A program made the position numbers and the translations under genes. Under the pieces are notes generated by a model, which saw only the letters and a list, made by a program, of their open reading frames with translations, was not told where the DNA came from and did not search any database. From the NCBI GenBank assembly GCA_963743915.1, contig CAVURN010000005.1:480001-544000 (forward strand): a DNA stretch of 64,000 bases, written 5' to 3'. This DNA comes from an uncultured Actinomycetota bacterium (GTDB lineage Bacteria > Actinomycetota > Actinomycetes > JAHEKZ01). Positions 9,905 through 19,267 of the stretch are shown here, piece after piece (the first letter of the stretch is position 1; each line of letters opens with the position of its first letter).

Positions 9905-10405
9905 ATGCCCTCGGCCCGCTCGCTGGTCCTCGCCCTCGCCGTCCCGGTGGCCGCACTCGCGCTGACCGCGTGCGACAAGCCGGCGCCCAGCGCGACGATC
10001 TTCTCGGGCTCGACCTCCGAGCACCGCGAGGCGCTGTGCTGGTCCTTCGACGCGGACCGTGCCTACACCGCTGACGACTGCGCGGTGGACGTCGCCGCGG
10101 CTCAGTCGCAGCAGTCGGTGTTCGCCGCCCTGGACGAGTACCTGGCCACCCTCGAGGTGACGCCGGGCGACGTCGTGGGCATCAGTGTCGACCCGGAGGT
10201 CGCCGAAATCGGCTGGAGCGTCACCGTCAACGGGCGCCCACTGCACCGCGAGCTGCTCACCGAGACGTACTTCCGCTTCACCATGCCGCCCCAGCCGCTG
10301 CGACGCGGAACGGCTGAGCTGCAGATCCAAGCGGCGGCCGAGGACGGCACCAGCGCACGCGGCTTCTGGGTGTTCCGCCTCGCGGACGCGACGGCGTCCG
10401 ACTAG
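9905..10405 (+). CDS. Lipoprotein (DUF2771-like)
   Basis: Lipobox ALTA-C after a hydrophobic signal; GISVDPEVAEIGW. Confidence 0.7.
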   Translation: MPSARSLVLALAVPVAALALTACDKPAPSATIFSGSTSEHREALCWSFDADRAYTADDCAVDVAAAQSQQSVFAALDEYLATLEVTPGDVVGISVDPEVAEIGWSVTVNGRPLHRELLTETYFRFTMPPQPLRRGTAELQIQAAAEDGTSARGFWVFRLADATASD

Positions 10406-10430
10406 CGCGGATCAGCGCCGACGGGGCCCG

Positions 10431-10808
10431 TCAGTCGAGGTCGTCGGCGACGGCGCGCAACAGCTTGGCGATCTTCTCCGCCTCGGGCGGGGCCGGCTGA
10501 CGTCCGCGGCGCAGCCCGTTGCCGAGCTTGTCGAGCAGCTTGATGAGGTCCTCGACGATGATCGCCATGTCCTCAGGCGACTTCCGCGCCGTCGCGACGG
10601 TTGCCGGGGCGTCGAGCACCCGCACCGACAGCGCCTGCTCACCACGGCGCCCCTCGGCCACGCCGAACTCGACGCGCGAGCCGGGCTTGAGGGCCGTGAG
10701 GCCGTCGGGCAGCGCCGACTGGTGGACGAAGACCTCGCCGCCGTCGTCCCGGCTGAGGAACCCGAATCCCTTGTCGGTGTCGAACCACTTGACCTTGCCC
10801 GTGGGCAC
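10431..10808 (-). CDS. Cold-shock domain protein with C-terminal extension (CspB-type)
   Basis: VPTGKVKWFDTDKGFGFL...VFVHQSAL; C-terminal helical extension ending LLRAVADDLD. Confidence 0.92.
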   Translation of the reverse strand: MPTGKVKWFDTDKGFGFLSRDDGGEVFVHQSALPDGLTALKPGSRVEFGVAEGRRGEQALSVRVLDAPATVATARKSPEDMAIIVEDLIKLLDKLGNGLRRGRQPAPPEAEKIAKLLRAVADDLD

Positions 10809-10942
10809 GGCACACCTCACGCTTCTCGTATGGGCATCGCCTGACGGGGGCGCCAGGCTGGTCCCGCGGGGAACGGGAACCTCCAGAGTAGTTGCCAGGG
10901 TGTGCCGAACCCCAACGGGTTTGCCGCCCGTACCCTGGGCGC

Positions 10943-11233
10943 GTGTCCACCCCCCGCGCCACACGCCCGGCAGGCGACACCCTGCTCCGTGCAGGAGCGG
11001 TGCTGGTCGGCGTCGGGTTCGTCGCGTCCCTGGTGACCGTGGTGCCCTTCCTCGTCGGGGGCGAGCCGCTCCCGCTCGTGGCGTACCTCCTGGCACTGCT
11101 GGCCCCGCTCGGGCTCGGCGTGGTGCTGGTGGCTCTCTGGCTCAAGGCCCGAGGTCGACGGAGCCGGCTCGCTGCGGCAGCGTCCGACACCCAGGACGCG
11201 ACCGGCGAGACCCACGCGACCACCACCGATTAG
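10943..11233 (+). CDS. Small two-TM membrane protein
   Basis: Two hydrophobic helices (GAVLVGVGFVASLVTVVPFL; LPLVAYLLALLAPLGLGVVL). Confidence 0.7.
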   Translation: MSTPRATRPAGDTLLRAGAVLVGVGFVASLVTVVPFLVGGEPLPLVAYLLALLAPLGLGVVLVALWLKARGRRSRLAAAASDTQDATGETHATTTD

Positions 11234-11238
11234 CCGAG

Positions 11239-11318
11239 TACCGGTGATCGGAGCATTTCAGTCACTTCGACGCCGGCGCACGGGTGGTGGGTTGACTGAA
11301 ATGCTTCGATCACCGGTA
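11239..11318. repeat. Long inverted repeat (26-bp arms, 1 mismatch, 28-nt loop), REP-like
   Basis: TACCGGTGATCGGAGCATTTCAGTCA ... TGACTGAAATGCTTCGATCACCGGTA. Confidence 0.85.
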
Positions 11319-11368
11319 GGGGGCGACCCGCGGGGCGTGCGGCCCGGCGGTCGCCTACCGTGGGTCGG

Positions 11369-13633
11369 ATGACCACTCGGAGCCTCGCCGACGACCTGCG
11401 CAGCCGCAGTGACGAGTCGCTCCGTGCACTGCTCGGCAGGCGCCCCGACCTCGCGACGCCCCCTCCCGCAGACATCGCCGCCCTCGCCGCACGCTCGGTC
11501 ACGCAGGCCGCCACCGCACGGGCGCTGGACCACCTGACCCGCTTCGAGCTCCAGGTGCTCGAGGTCGTGGTGCTGGTCCCCGAGCCGTTCACCGCAGCAG
11601 ATGTCCACCACCTGATGCCCGACGCACCGACCGACGTCGTGGACGCGGTGCTCGAGAACCTGGTCGCCCTCGCCCTCGTCTGGGGCGAACCGGACGCGTG
11701 GCGTCCGACCGTCACGGTGCGCGAGGTCATCGGTCGGTTCCCCGCCGGGCTCGGTCCGAGCCTCGACCAGCTCGGGGGAGGCGACCCGGACGCACTGGTC
11801 GCGCTGCTCGCGACCGCCCCTGAGGAGGCGCGAGGCGTCGTCGACGCCCTCACCTGGCACACCCCGACCGGACGTGTGCGCGACGCGGACCGAACGGTCG
11901 AACCGGAGTCGGCGCAGAGCCCGGTCGAGTGGCTGTTGGCGCATGAGGTGCTGCGACCGCTGGACAAGGGCACCGTCGTGCTGCCCCGCGAGGTTGCGCT
12001 GCGGCTGCGTGGTGGGCGGCTGCACCAGGTCACCGACGTGACCTGCCCGGAGGCAGAGCTGCACCACCATGACCCGCTGGTGGTCGACCGGCTGGCGTCC
12101 GGCACTGCGGCCCAGGTGGTCCGCTGGGTGCAGCTGATGCTCGATCACGCGGCGGTGGCGCCGCCCGGCGTCCTGCGCAGCGGTGGCCTGGGGGTGCGGG
12201 AGCTCCGGTCCGCGGCCGCGGCGATCGACGTCGACGAGTCGTTGGCCGCCCTCGTGGTCGAGGTGGCCTGGGGGGCCGGTCTGCTGGCCAGCAGCGGTGA
12301 GGTCGCCGACGAGTGGCTGCCGACCCCGGCGTACGACCTCTGGCGCACGCAGGACACCGCCGACCGCTGGATGCAGCTGGCCGAAGCCTGGCTCGGGACG
12401 CCGCATGTCGCCAGCCTGGTCGGCCAGCGGGATGGTGCCGACAACCGGGTCAACGCCCTCACCCCCGAGGTGGAGCGGATCGTCGCGCCCGACATCCGGC
12501 GTTGGGTGCTCGAGGACCTCGCCTCCCTGGGCGCGGGCACCGCCGCCTCCGTCGAGTCGATGGTGCACCGTCACGAGTGGCGGCGTCCGCGACGCGGGGG
12601 ACGCCAACGGGACGACCTCGTGCGGTGGACTCTTCACGAGGCGAACGCGCTCGGCCTCTGCGCGCGCGGGGCGGTGAGCAGCTTCGGACGCGTGCTGCTG
12701 GGCGGCGACACCGCGGACGCCGCCGCTCTCCTGCACGAGCTCATGCCGGAGCCCGTCGACCACATCCTGCTGCAGGCGGACCTCACGGCGGTGGCGCCCG
12801 GACCGCTGCGCGACGACCTCGCACGGCAGCTCGCGCTGCTGGCCGACGTCGAGTCCTCGGGCGGAGCCACGGTGTACCGCTTCACGGCACGGTCGGTGCA
12901 GCGTGCTCTGGACGCCGGACGCACCGCGTCGGAGTGCCACGCGTTCCTCGAGGCGGTGAGCCGCACGCCGGTCCCCCAACCGCTCACCTACCTGGTCGAC
13001 GACGTGGCCCGCCGACACGGTCTCCTGCGGGTAGGCACCGCTGTGTCCTATCTGCGCTGCGACGACACTGCGGTTCTCGACGAGCTTCTGGCGGGCCGGG
13101 GGTCGCAGACCTTGCGCCTGCGACGGCTGGCCCCGACCGTCGCGGTGTCGCCGGTCACCCCGGAGGTGCTGCTCGACCGGTTGCGCGAGCTGGGACTCTC
13201 GCCGGCGGCGGAGTCGCCGGACGGCAGCGTCGTGGTCTCGCGCCCCGACGAGCGGCGCACCGGCCCACGCAGCCTGCCGCAGCGACTGACCCTCGACCCT
13301 CCCGCTCTCCCCGATGCGGTGGCCGCCTCCCTCGTGCGCGCGCTGCGGGCCGGCGAACGAGGAGCGGCCCGCGGGCCCACCGTCCGCGGACCCGGACTCG
13401 GCTCAGAGGTGCCGCGCACCGCCATGGCCCAGACCCTCCAGGTGCTCCAGGAGGCCATCGACCGCGGGGCATCGGTGTGGCTCGGCTACGTCGACAATGA
13501 CGGGGTCGGGGCCGAACGTGTCGTCGACCCGGTGACGCTCTCCGGTGGTCAGCTCACGGCCTTCGACCACCGCAGCGACGCGGTCCGACGCTTCGCGGTG
13601 CACCGCGTCACCGGCGTCGCGCTCGTGGAATGA
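11369..13633 (+). CDS. Helicase-associated protein (Helicase_C_3 plus C-terminal WYL-like domain; Rv0862c-like)
   Basis: LLQADLTAVAPGPL...ADVESSGGATVYRFT...SRTPVPQPLTYLVDDVARRHG; C-terminal VWLGYVDNDG...RVVDP...FAVHRVTGV. Confidence 0.9.
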   Translation: MTTRSLADDLRSRSDESLRALLGRRPDLATPPPADIAALAARSVTQAATARALDHLTRFELQVLEVVVLVPEPFTAADVHHLMPDAPTDVVDAVLENLVALALVWGEPDAWRPTVTVREVIGRFPAGLGPSLDQLGGGDPDALVALLATAPEEARGVVDALTWHTPTGRVRDADRTVEPESAQSPVEWLLAHEVLRPLDKGTVVLPREVALRLRGGRLHQVTDVTCPEAELHHHDPLVVDRLASGTAAQVVRWVQLMLDHAAVAPPGVLRSGGLGVRELRSAAAAIDVDESLAALVVEVAWGAGLLASSGEVADEWLPTPAYDLWRTQDTADRWMQLAEAWLGTPHVASLVGQRDGADNRVNALTPEVERIVAPDIRRWVLEDLASLGAGTAASVESMVHRHEWRRPRRGGRQRDDLVRWTLHEANALGLCARGAVSSFGRVLLGGDTADAAALLHELMPEPVDHILLQADLTAVAPGPLRDDLARQLALLADVESSGGATVYRFTARSVQRALDAGRTASECHAFLEAVSRTPVPQPLTYLVDDVARRHGLLRVGTAVSYLRCDDTAVLDELLAGRGSQTLRLRRLAPTVAVSPVTPEVLLDRLRELGLSPAAESPDGSVVVSRPDERRTGPRSLPQRLTLDPPALPDAVAASLVRALRAGERGAARGPTVRGPGLGSEVPRTAMAQTLQVLQEAIDRGASVWLGYVDNDGVGAERVVDPVTLSGGQLTAFDHRSDAVRRFAVHRVTGVALVE

Positions 13634-13648
13634 CGCTAGCCTCAGCGC

Positions 13649-14752
13649 GTGACCGCTGAGCCGCAGGAGTCGTTCCTGTCCCGAGCAGTGTCCGGGGCAC
13701 TCGATGCCACCGTGGGCCGCGTCGAGGACCGCGTGGTCGCCACCACGCAGGGTGTGATCGACGACCTGGAGCCCTACCTCGCTGAAGAGACGGTGCCCCG
13801 GCTGCTCGAGGCCTTGACGCCACACCTCGTCGAGCGGGTGGTTCCCGACATCATCGACGGTCTCACCGAGCGGCTGGCGACGACCACCGGCCCGCAGCTC
13901 GTGAGCGGCATGACCCCCGAGCTCGCCGACGAGCTGGTTCCGGTGCTGCTCGAGCGGATGCGTCCCTATCTGGTGGCCGAGCTCGTGCCAGCCGTCATCG
14001 ACGGGATCACCCCACGCCTGATCGAGACGACGGCTCCGCAGATCGTCGACGGGCTGCTGCCCCACATCCGGGAACGGGTCGTGCCCGTGATCCTCGACGA
14101 CTTCGTGGACGACCCGCGGGTGCGTGACCTGATCCGCGAGCAGAGCCTCGGGCTGCTGTGGGACGCGCTGGAGATCCTCCGGCGTGGTCTCGCGCGCGCT
14201 GACGACGTCGCCGAGGGCGTCTTGCGCAAGATGCTGTTCCGTGCACCAGCTGCTGACAGTGTTCCTGCCCACGAGCTGCCCCCGCGACGCGTCCGCTCCC
14301 ACGCCGGGCTCGTCACGCGATCGGTCGGCGCAGGCATCGACCTGGCCCTCATCTCGCTGCTCGCCGCCCAAGGACTGGCCATCGTGGTGGCGCTGCTCGG
14401 CGCCGTCGTCGACCCGATCCCCAAGGACGTCCTCGCCGTCATCACCTTCGGGTTCGCGATGCTCGGACCGCTCTACCTGGCGGTCGCGTGGCGGTCCTCG
14501 GGGCGCAGCATCGGGGGTGCCATCGCCGGCTTTGCCGTCGTAGGCACGGGCGACAAGCCCCTGCGTACCGGACGAGCACTCGTACGCGCACTCACGTCGT
14601 TCTTCCTCGCGCCGGTGTGGGCGGTCGGGATGATCGGCACCGCGTTCCACCCTTCTCGACGCTCGTGGGGTGACCGCCTGCTGGGGTCGCGGGCGCCGTA
14701 CCTCGTCCACGTCGAGCGGTCGACCACCCGCACCCGGTCCGAGTGGCACTGA
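13649..14752 (+). CDS. RDD family membrane protein with N-terminal 16-aa tandem repeats
   Basis: HAGLVTRSVGAGIDL...GRSIG...ALVR...RRSWGDRLLGS RDD signature. Confidence 0.8.
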   Translation: MTAEPQESFLSRAVSGALDATVGRVEDRVVATTQGVIDDLEPYLAEETVPRLLEALTPHLVERVVPDIIDGLTERLATTTGPQLVSGMTPELADELVPVLLERMRPYLVAELVPAVIDGITPRLIETTAPQIVDGLLPHIRERVVPVILDDFVDDPRVRDLIREQSLGLLWDALEILRRGLARADDVAEGVLRKMLFRAPAADSVPAHELPPRRVRSHAGLVTRSVGAGIDLALISLLAAQGLAIVVALLGAVVDPIPKDVLAVITFGFAMLGPLYLAVAWRSSGRSIGGAIAGFAVVGTGDKPLRTGRALVRALTSFFLAPVWAVGMIGTAFHPSRRSWGDRLLGSRAPYLVHVERSTTRTRSEWH

Positions 14753-14765
14753 GCGAGTCCTTGGC

Positions 14766-16052
14766 TCAGGTCAGGTAGCGCAGCCACAGGTACGGGACGC
14801 ACAGCAGCACGCTGACGACGGTGATGAGCAACCCGTAGCGGGTGAACTGCCAGAACGAGATCGGATGTCCGTAGCGTTTCGCGATGCCGATCACCACCAC
14901 GTTGGCGCTCGCGCCGATGGCGGTCGCGTTCCCCCCGAGATCCGCCCCCAGGGCCAGTGACCACCACAGGACGTTGTCCGGGTTCAGGGCCGGGTCGTTG
15001 GCGGCCAGCTGCTCGACCACCGGGGACATGGTCGCCACGTACGGGATGTTGTCGACGAGTGCCGACAGAGCGGCTGACCCGAACAGGATGCCGAAGCTCG
15101 CCGCCACCGGATCGCCGCCGACGGCGTCGGTCAAGCTCGTCGCGATGGAGTCGATCACCCCGGACTCGGCCAGTGCGCCCACCAGCACGAAGAGACCCAT
15201 GAAGAAGACGAGCGTCTCCCACTCGACGTGCTTCATGTACTCGTCGGTGGGCCCCGGGACCAGCACCATCATGGCGCCACCGCCGAGCAGGGCCACGATG
15301 GACGGCTCGATCCCCAGGGCGCGCTGCAGCACGAACCCGACGAGCACGGCGCCGAGCACGGCAAGGGCGCGCACGAGTACCCGGGGGTCGGAGACCGCCT
15401 CGCGCTCGTCCAGGCGCATCACCGCGTCGGCCGCCGCCGGGTCGTAGGTGAACGCCCCGCGGAACACCCACCGCGAGAGCCCGAGGAAGACCAGCATGAT
15501 GATCACGACGATTGGCGCCATGTGCACCAGGAAGTCGGTGAACGTCAGGTCGGCACGGCTGCCGATGATGATGTTCGGCGGGTCACCGACCAGGGTCGAG
15601 GCACCGCCGATGTTGGACGCCAGCACCTCGGCCACGAGGAACGGCACCGGATTGAGCTTGAGTCGGTCGCAGACGAGCAAGGTGACGGGCGCGATGAGCA
15701 GCACGGTGGTGACGTTGTCGAGCAACGCCGACGCCCCCGCCGTCAGCGTGCAGAGCAGGACGAGCAGCGGATAGGGACGTCCTCGCGTCCGCTTGGCGCT
15801 CCAGATCGCCAGGAACTCGAAGAGTCCGGTGCGACGCAGTCCGGCGACGACGACCATCATCCCCAGCAGCAGGAAGATGACATTCCAGTCGATGCCGGTC
15901 TCGCGCGAGTAGAAGATCTCGTCGGCGCCCACGATGCCGAGCGCCACCACGGCAGCGGCACCGCCGAGCGCCGCCACCACGCGGGGCACCCGCTCGGTCG
16001 CGATCAACACGTATGCGATGGCGAAGACCGCCACGGCCAGCGCTGCGGTCAT
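14766..16052 (-). CDS. ArsB/NhaD/SLC13 family ion transporter
   Basis: SALLDNVTTVL, SNIGGASTLVGDPPNIIIG, SALVDNIP, LGADLGGNATAIGASANVV. Confidence 0.93.
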   Translation of the reverse strand: MTAALAVAVFAIAYVLIATERVPRVVAALGGAAAVVALGIVGADEIFYSRETGIDWNVIFLLLGMMVVVAGLRRTGLFEFLAIWSAKRTRGRPYPLLVLLCTLTAGASALLDNVTTVLLIAPVTLLVCDRLKLNPVPFLVAEVLASNIGGASTLVGDPPNIIIGSRADLTFTDFLVHMAPIVVIIMLVFLGLSRWVFRGAFTYDPAAADAVMRLDEREAVSDPRVLVRALAVLGAVLVGFVLQRALGIEPSIVALLGGGAMMVLVPGPTDEYMKHVEWETLVFFMGLFVLVGALAESGVIDSIATSLTDAVGGDPVAASFGILFGSAALSALVDNIPYVATMSPVVEQLAANDPALNPDNVLWWSLALGADLGGNATAIGASANVVVIGIAKRYGHPISFWQFTRYGLLITVVSVLLCVPYLWLRYLT

Positions 16053-16501
16053 GCCCGCGAGACACCCGCTCCCAGCACCGACAGCGCAGTGATCGTGCCG
16101 AGCGCGGCACCATCCGCCCCCGCGACCACCAGCAGCGGGACGTGCAGGCGGGCCATCAACGCTGCAACCTCGAGCAGGGTGGCGTCGTGGGCCACCGTGC
16201 CCAGCAGGTCCGGCTCAGCGTCGTCGAGGACGTCCTGCACGGTCATGGTGGCCAGCCGGTCGGTCAGCCGGTCGGCGGACTCCTCATCGACCACGCCGGC
16301 CAGCGAGGGGTCGTCCTTGATGTACGTCGGCACCGCCAGCCCGAGGATCTGCGACGCCGGCAGCACCGCGAGAGGCCTGCCCTCGGCGGAGACAACGGCC
16401 AGACCGGGGAGCGACTCGGCCACGAGGCGCCGCGCGGCGTCCAGCACGGAGTCGCTGGGCAGGACCAGGCCGACGCGCTGCGCCAGCTGAGCGGCGATCA
16501 C
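16049..16501 (-). CDS. CBS domain protein
   Basis: SDSVLDAARRL...PGLAVV...VPTYIKDDPSLAGVVDE...DATLLEVAALMAR; stop overlaps the transporter start. Confidence 0.85.
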   Translation of the reverse strand: MIAAQLAQRVGLVLPSDSVLDAARRLVAESLPGLAVVSAEGRPLAVLPASQILGLAVPTYIKDDPSLAGVVDEESADRLTDRLATMTVQDVLDDAEPDLLGTVAHDATLLEVAALMARLHVPLLVVAGADGAALGTITALSVLGAGVSRA

Positions 16502-16592
16502 GCCCGCAGCGTAGTGCCGGACCGAGCCGACCCGGAGACCATGAGGGACACTGGACGGGGCCGACCGGCCCGTATCGCGGCGAGGAGTGTGT

Positions 16593-18260
16593 GTGAACGA
16601 CGGCCCCCTGATCGTGCAGAGCGACAAGACGTTGCTGCTGGAGGTGGAGCACCCCCAGTCCACGTCGTGCCGTCATGCGATCGCGCCGTTCGCCGAGCTC
16701 GAACGCTCGCCCGAGCACGTCCACACCTACCGGATCACTCCGCTGGGCCTCTGGAACGCACGAGCTGCGGGTCACGACGCCGAGCAGGTCGTGGACACCC
16801 TGCTGCGGTACAGCCGGTACGCCGTCCCGCACGCCCTGCTCGTCGACATCGCCGAGACGATGGCGCGGTACGGACGTCTCCAGCTCACCTCCCACCCCGT
16901 GCACGGTCTGGTCCTGCACACCACGGACCGACCGGTGCTCGAGGAGGTCCTGCGCTCGAAGAAGGTGGCCCCCCTCGTCGGGGCTCGTGTCGACCCCGAC
17001 ACGGTCATCGTCCATCCGTCCGAGCGGGGCCACATCAAGCAGGTGCTGCTCAAGCTGGGCTGGCCCGCCGAGGACTTCGCCGGGTACGTCGACGGTGAGG
17101 CGCACGCCATTGCGCTCGACGAGTCGGACTGGCACCTGCGCGACTACCAGCGACAGGCCGCCGAGAACTTCTTCCACGGCGGGTCAGGGGTCGTCGTGCT
17201 CCCCTGTGGCGCCGGCAAGACGATCGTCGGGGTCGCCGCCATGGCGATGGCCCAGGCCACGACGCTCATCCTGGTGACGAACACGGTGGCCGCTCGGCAG
17301 TGGCGCGACGAGCTGCTGCACCGCACCGCGTTGACCGAGGACGAGATCGGCGAGTACTCGGGAGCGAAGAAGGAGATCCGCCCGGTCACGATCGCGACCT
17401 ACCAGGTGATGACCACCAAGCGGAAGGGCGTCTACCCGCACCTCGAGCTCTTCGACGCCCGCGACTGGGGGCTGATCCTCTACGACGAGGTGCACCTGCT
17501 GCCGGCTCCGATCTTCCGCTTCACGGCCGACATCCAGGCACGTCGTCGGCTCGGTCTGACGGCGACCCTCGTGCGCGAGGACGGCCGGGAGGGGGACGTG
17601 TTCTCGCTCATCGGTCCGAAGCGGTACGACGCGCCCTGGAAGGAGATCGAGGCGCAGGGGTACATCGCCCCCGCCGAGTGCGTCGAGGTGCGCGTCACCC
17701 TGCCGGACCGCGAACGTCTCGCCTACGCAACGGCCGAACCGGACGAGCGGTACCGGCTCTGTTCGACGTCCCAGGAGAAGTCACGCATCGTCGAGCGGCT
17801 CGTCGAGCAGCATCGGGGTGAGCCGACGCTCGTGATCGGGCAGTACCTCGACCAGCTCGAGGAGCTCGGCGGACGTCTCGACGCGCCGGTCATCAACGGT
17901 GACACGCCCGTCAAGGAGCGCCAACGGCTGTTCGAGGCCTTCCGTTCCGGTGAGGTCACCACGCTGGTGGTCAGCAAGGTGGCCAACTTCTCCGTCGACC
18001 TGCCCGAGGCGAGCGTCGCCATCCAGGTGTCCGGCGCGTTCGGCTCGCGTCAGGAGGAGGCGCAGCGACTGGGCCGGGTGCTGCGGCCGAAGGCCGACGG
18101 ACGTGCCGCGCGCTTCTACGCGATCGTCGCCCGCGACACCGTCGACCAGGACTTCGCCCAGCACCGGCAGCGCTTCCTCGCCGAACAGGGTTACGGCTAC
18201 ACGATCACCGACGCCGACGACCTGCCGGCGGCAGACCTCGGTTCCCCTGATGACCGCTGA
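16593..18260 (+). CDS. xpb: XPB/Rad25-like DNA repair helicase (SF2)
   Basis: GPLIVQSDKTLLLE, LPCGAGKT (Walker A), DEVH, LGLTATLVREDG (RED motif), QRLGRVLRPK. Confidence 0.96.
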   Translation: MNDGPLIVQSDKTLLLEVEHPQSTSCRHAIAPFAELERSPEHVHTYRITPLGLWNARAAGHDAEQVVDTLLRYSRYAVPHALLVDIAETMARYGRLQLTSHPVHGLVLHTTDRPVLEEVLRSKKVAPLVGARVDPDTVIVHPSERGHIKQVLLKLGWPAEDFAGYVDGEAHAIALDESDWHLRDYQRQAAENFFHGGSGVVVLPCGAGKTIVGVAAMAMAQATTLILVTNTVAARQWRDELLHRTALTEDEIGEYSGAKKEIRPVTIATYQVMTTKRKGVYPHLELFDARDWGLILYDEVHLLPAPIFRFTADIQARRRLGLTATLVREDGREGDVFSLIGPKRYDAPWKEIEAQGYIAPAECVEVRVTLPDRERLAYATAEPDERYRLCSTSQEKSRIVERLVEQHRGEPTLVIGQYLDQLEELGGRLDAPVINGDTPVKERQRLFEAFRSGEVTTLVVSKVANFSVDLPEASVAIQVSGAFGSRQEEAQRLGRVLRPKADGRAARFYAIVARDTVDQDFAQHRQRFLAEQGYGYTITDADDLPAADLGSPDDR

Positions 18261-18588
18261 GGCCGAAGCAGCCCTGGCCGAGGCGCGCGCCCGCGTCCTG
18301 CACGACCTGTCGGCCACGCTGCCGACCGGACCTGCAGTCGTGGACGCCCTGGAGCAGGCGCTCGACGAGCGTCGCGCCTGGGTCGAGCCGTGGCCCGCAG
18401 GTGCTGAGTTCCTGACCTGCCTGGTGGCGCAGGACGTGCAGGAGGCGCTGGCCGCGTCCCACGGCCGGTGGCCGCGCTGCCGGATGGACGGCAGCCACAC
18501 GCTGCACGTCGAACCGGACCTCGGTGAGGACCCCCACTGGGTGTGCGAGGACTGCGCCGCCGTCGTGGCGCCGATCGGTGGGCTCTGA
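18250..18588 (+). CDS. Small conserved protein with a putative zinc ribbon
   Basis: LVAQDVQEAL...RWPRC...HTLHVEPDLGEDPHWVCEDC; overlaps the xpb stop. Confidence 0.75.
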   Translation: MTAEAEAALAEARARVLHDLSATLPTGPAVVDALEQALDERRAWVEPWPAGAEFLTCLVAQDVQEALAASHGRWPRCRMDGSHTLHVEPDLGEDPHWVCEDCAAVVAPIGGL

Positions 18589-18652
18589 CCCGACCGGGCA
18601 CACGGCGGGTGAGATCGCGACAGGCTGAGGGAGTTCGCGACAGACTGGGGGC

Positions 18653-19267
18653 ATGCGCGAGCCCACCGAACGCGAAGCCCGCCTGCTCGACTCCGCCGTG
18701 GTCACCGGCGGCCTCGGACCGCGGTACAGCCAGCCGCATCGGGAGTACCACAACCTGATGCACATCGAGGACGTGCTGCTGCGGATCGAGGAGCTCGAGC
18801 CTCCCGTCGAGCACGAGCTCGCCCTCGCGCTGGCTGCGTGGTTCCACGATGCCGTCTACCAGCCTGGCCAGGACGACAACGAGGACCGCAGTGCCTACGT
18901 GGCCTACGACGCGCTCGAGCAGATCGGGGCGTCCCCTGACCTGATCGCCGAGGTCGTGCGGCTCGTGCGGCTCACGGCGACGCACGATCCCGATGCCGAC
19001 GATGTCGCTGGCGCCGTGCTGTGCGACGCAGACCTCGCGATCCTTGCGGCGGCGCCGGATCGCTACCGCGGCTACGCCTCTGCCATCCGCCAGGAGTACG
19101 TGCACGTACCGGAGGCCGACTTTCGGCGCGGACGCGCCGAGGTGCTGCGCCGCTATCTCGAGCGACCGGTCATCTTCCGGACGGCCTACGGTCGCCAGCA
19201 ATGGGAGGCCACTGCGCGCGCGAATCTCGCCGGCGAGATCGAGGCGCTGGAGTCGGGCGGTGAGTGA
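18653..19267 (+). CDS. HD-domain metal-dependent phosphohydrolase
   Basis: YSQPHREYHNLMH, AAWFHDAVY, NEDRSA, LCDADLAILA. Confidence 0.92.
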   Translation: MREPTEREARLLDSAVVTGGLGPRYSQPHREYHNLMHIEDVLLRIEELEPPVEHELALALAAWFHDAVYQPGQDDNEDRSAYVAYDALEQIGASPDLIAEVVRLVRLTATHDPDADDVAGAVLCDADLAILAAAPDRYRGYASAIRQEYVHVPEADFRRGRAEVLRRYLERPVIFRTAYGRQQWEATARANLAGEIEALESGGE

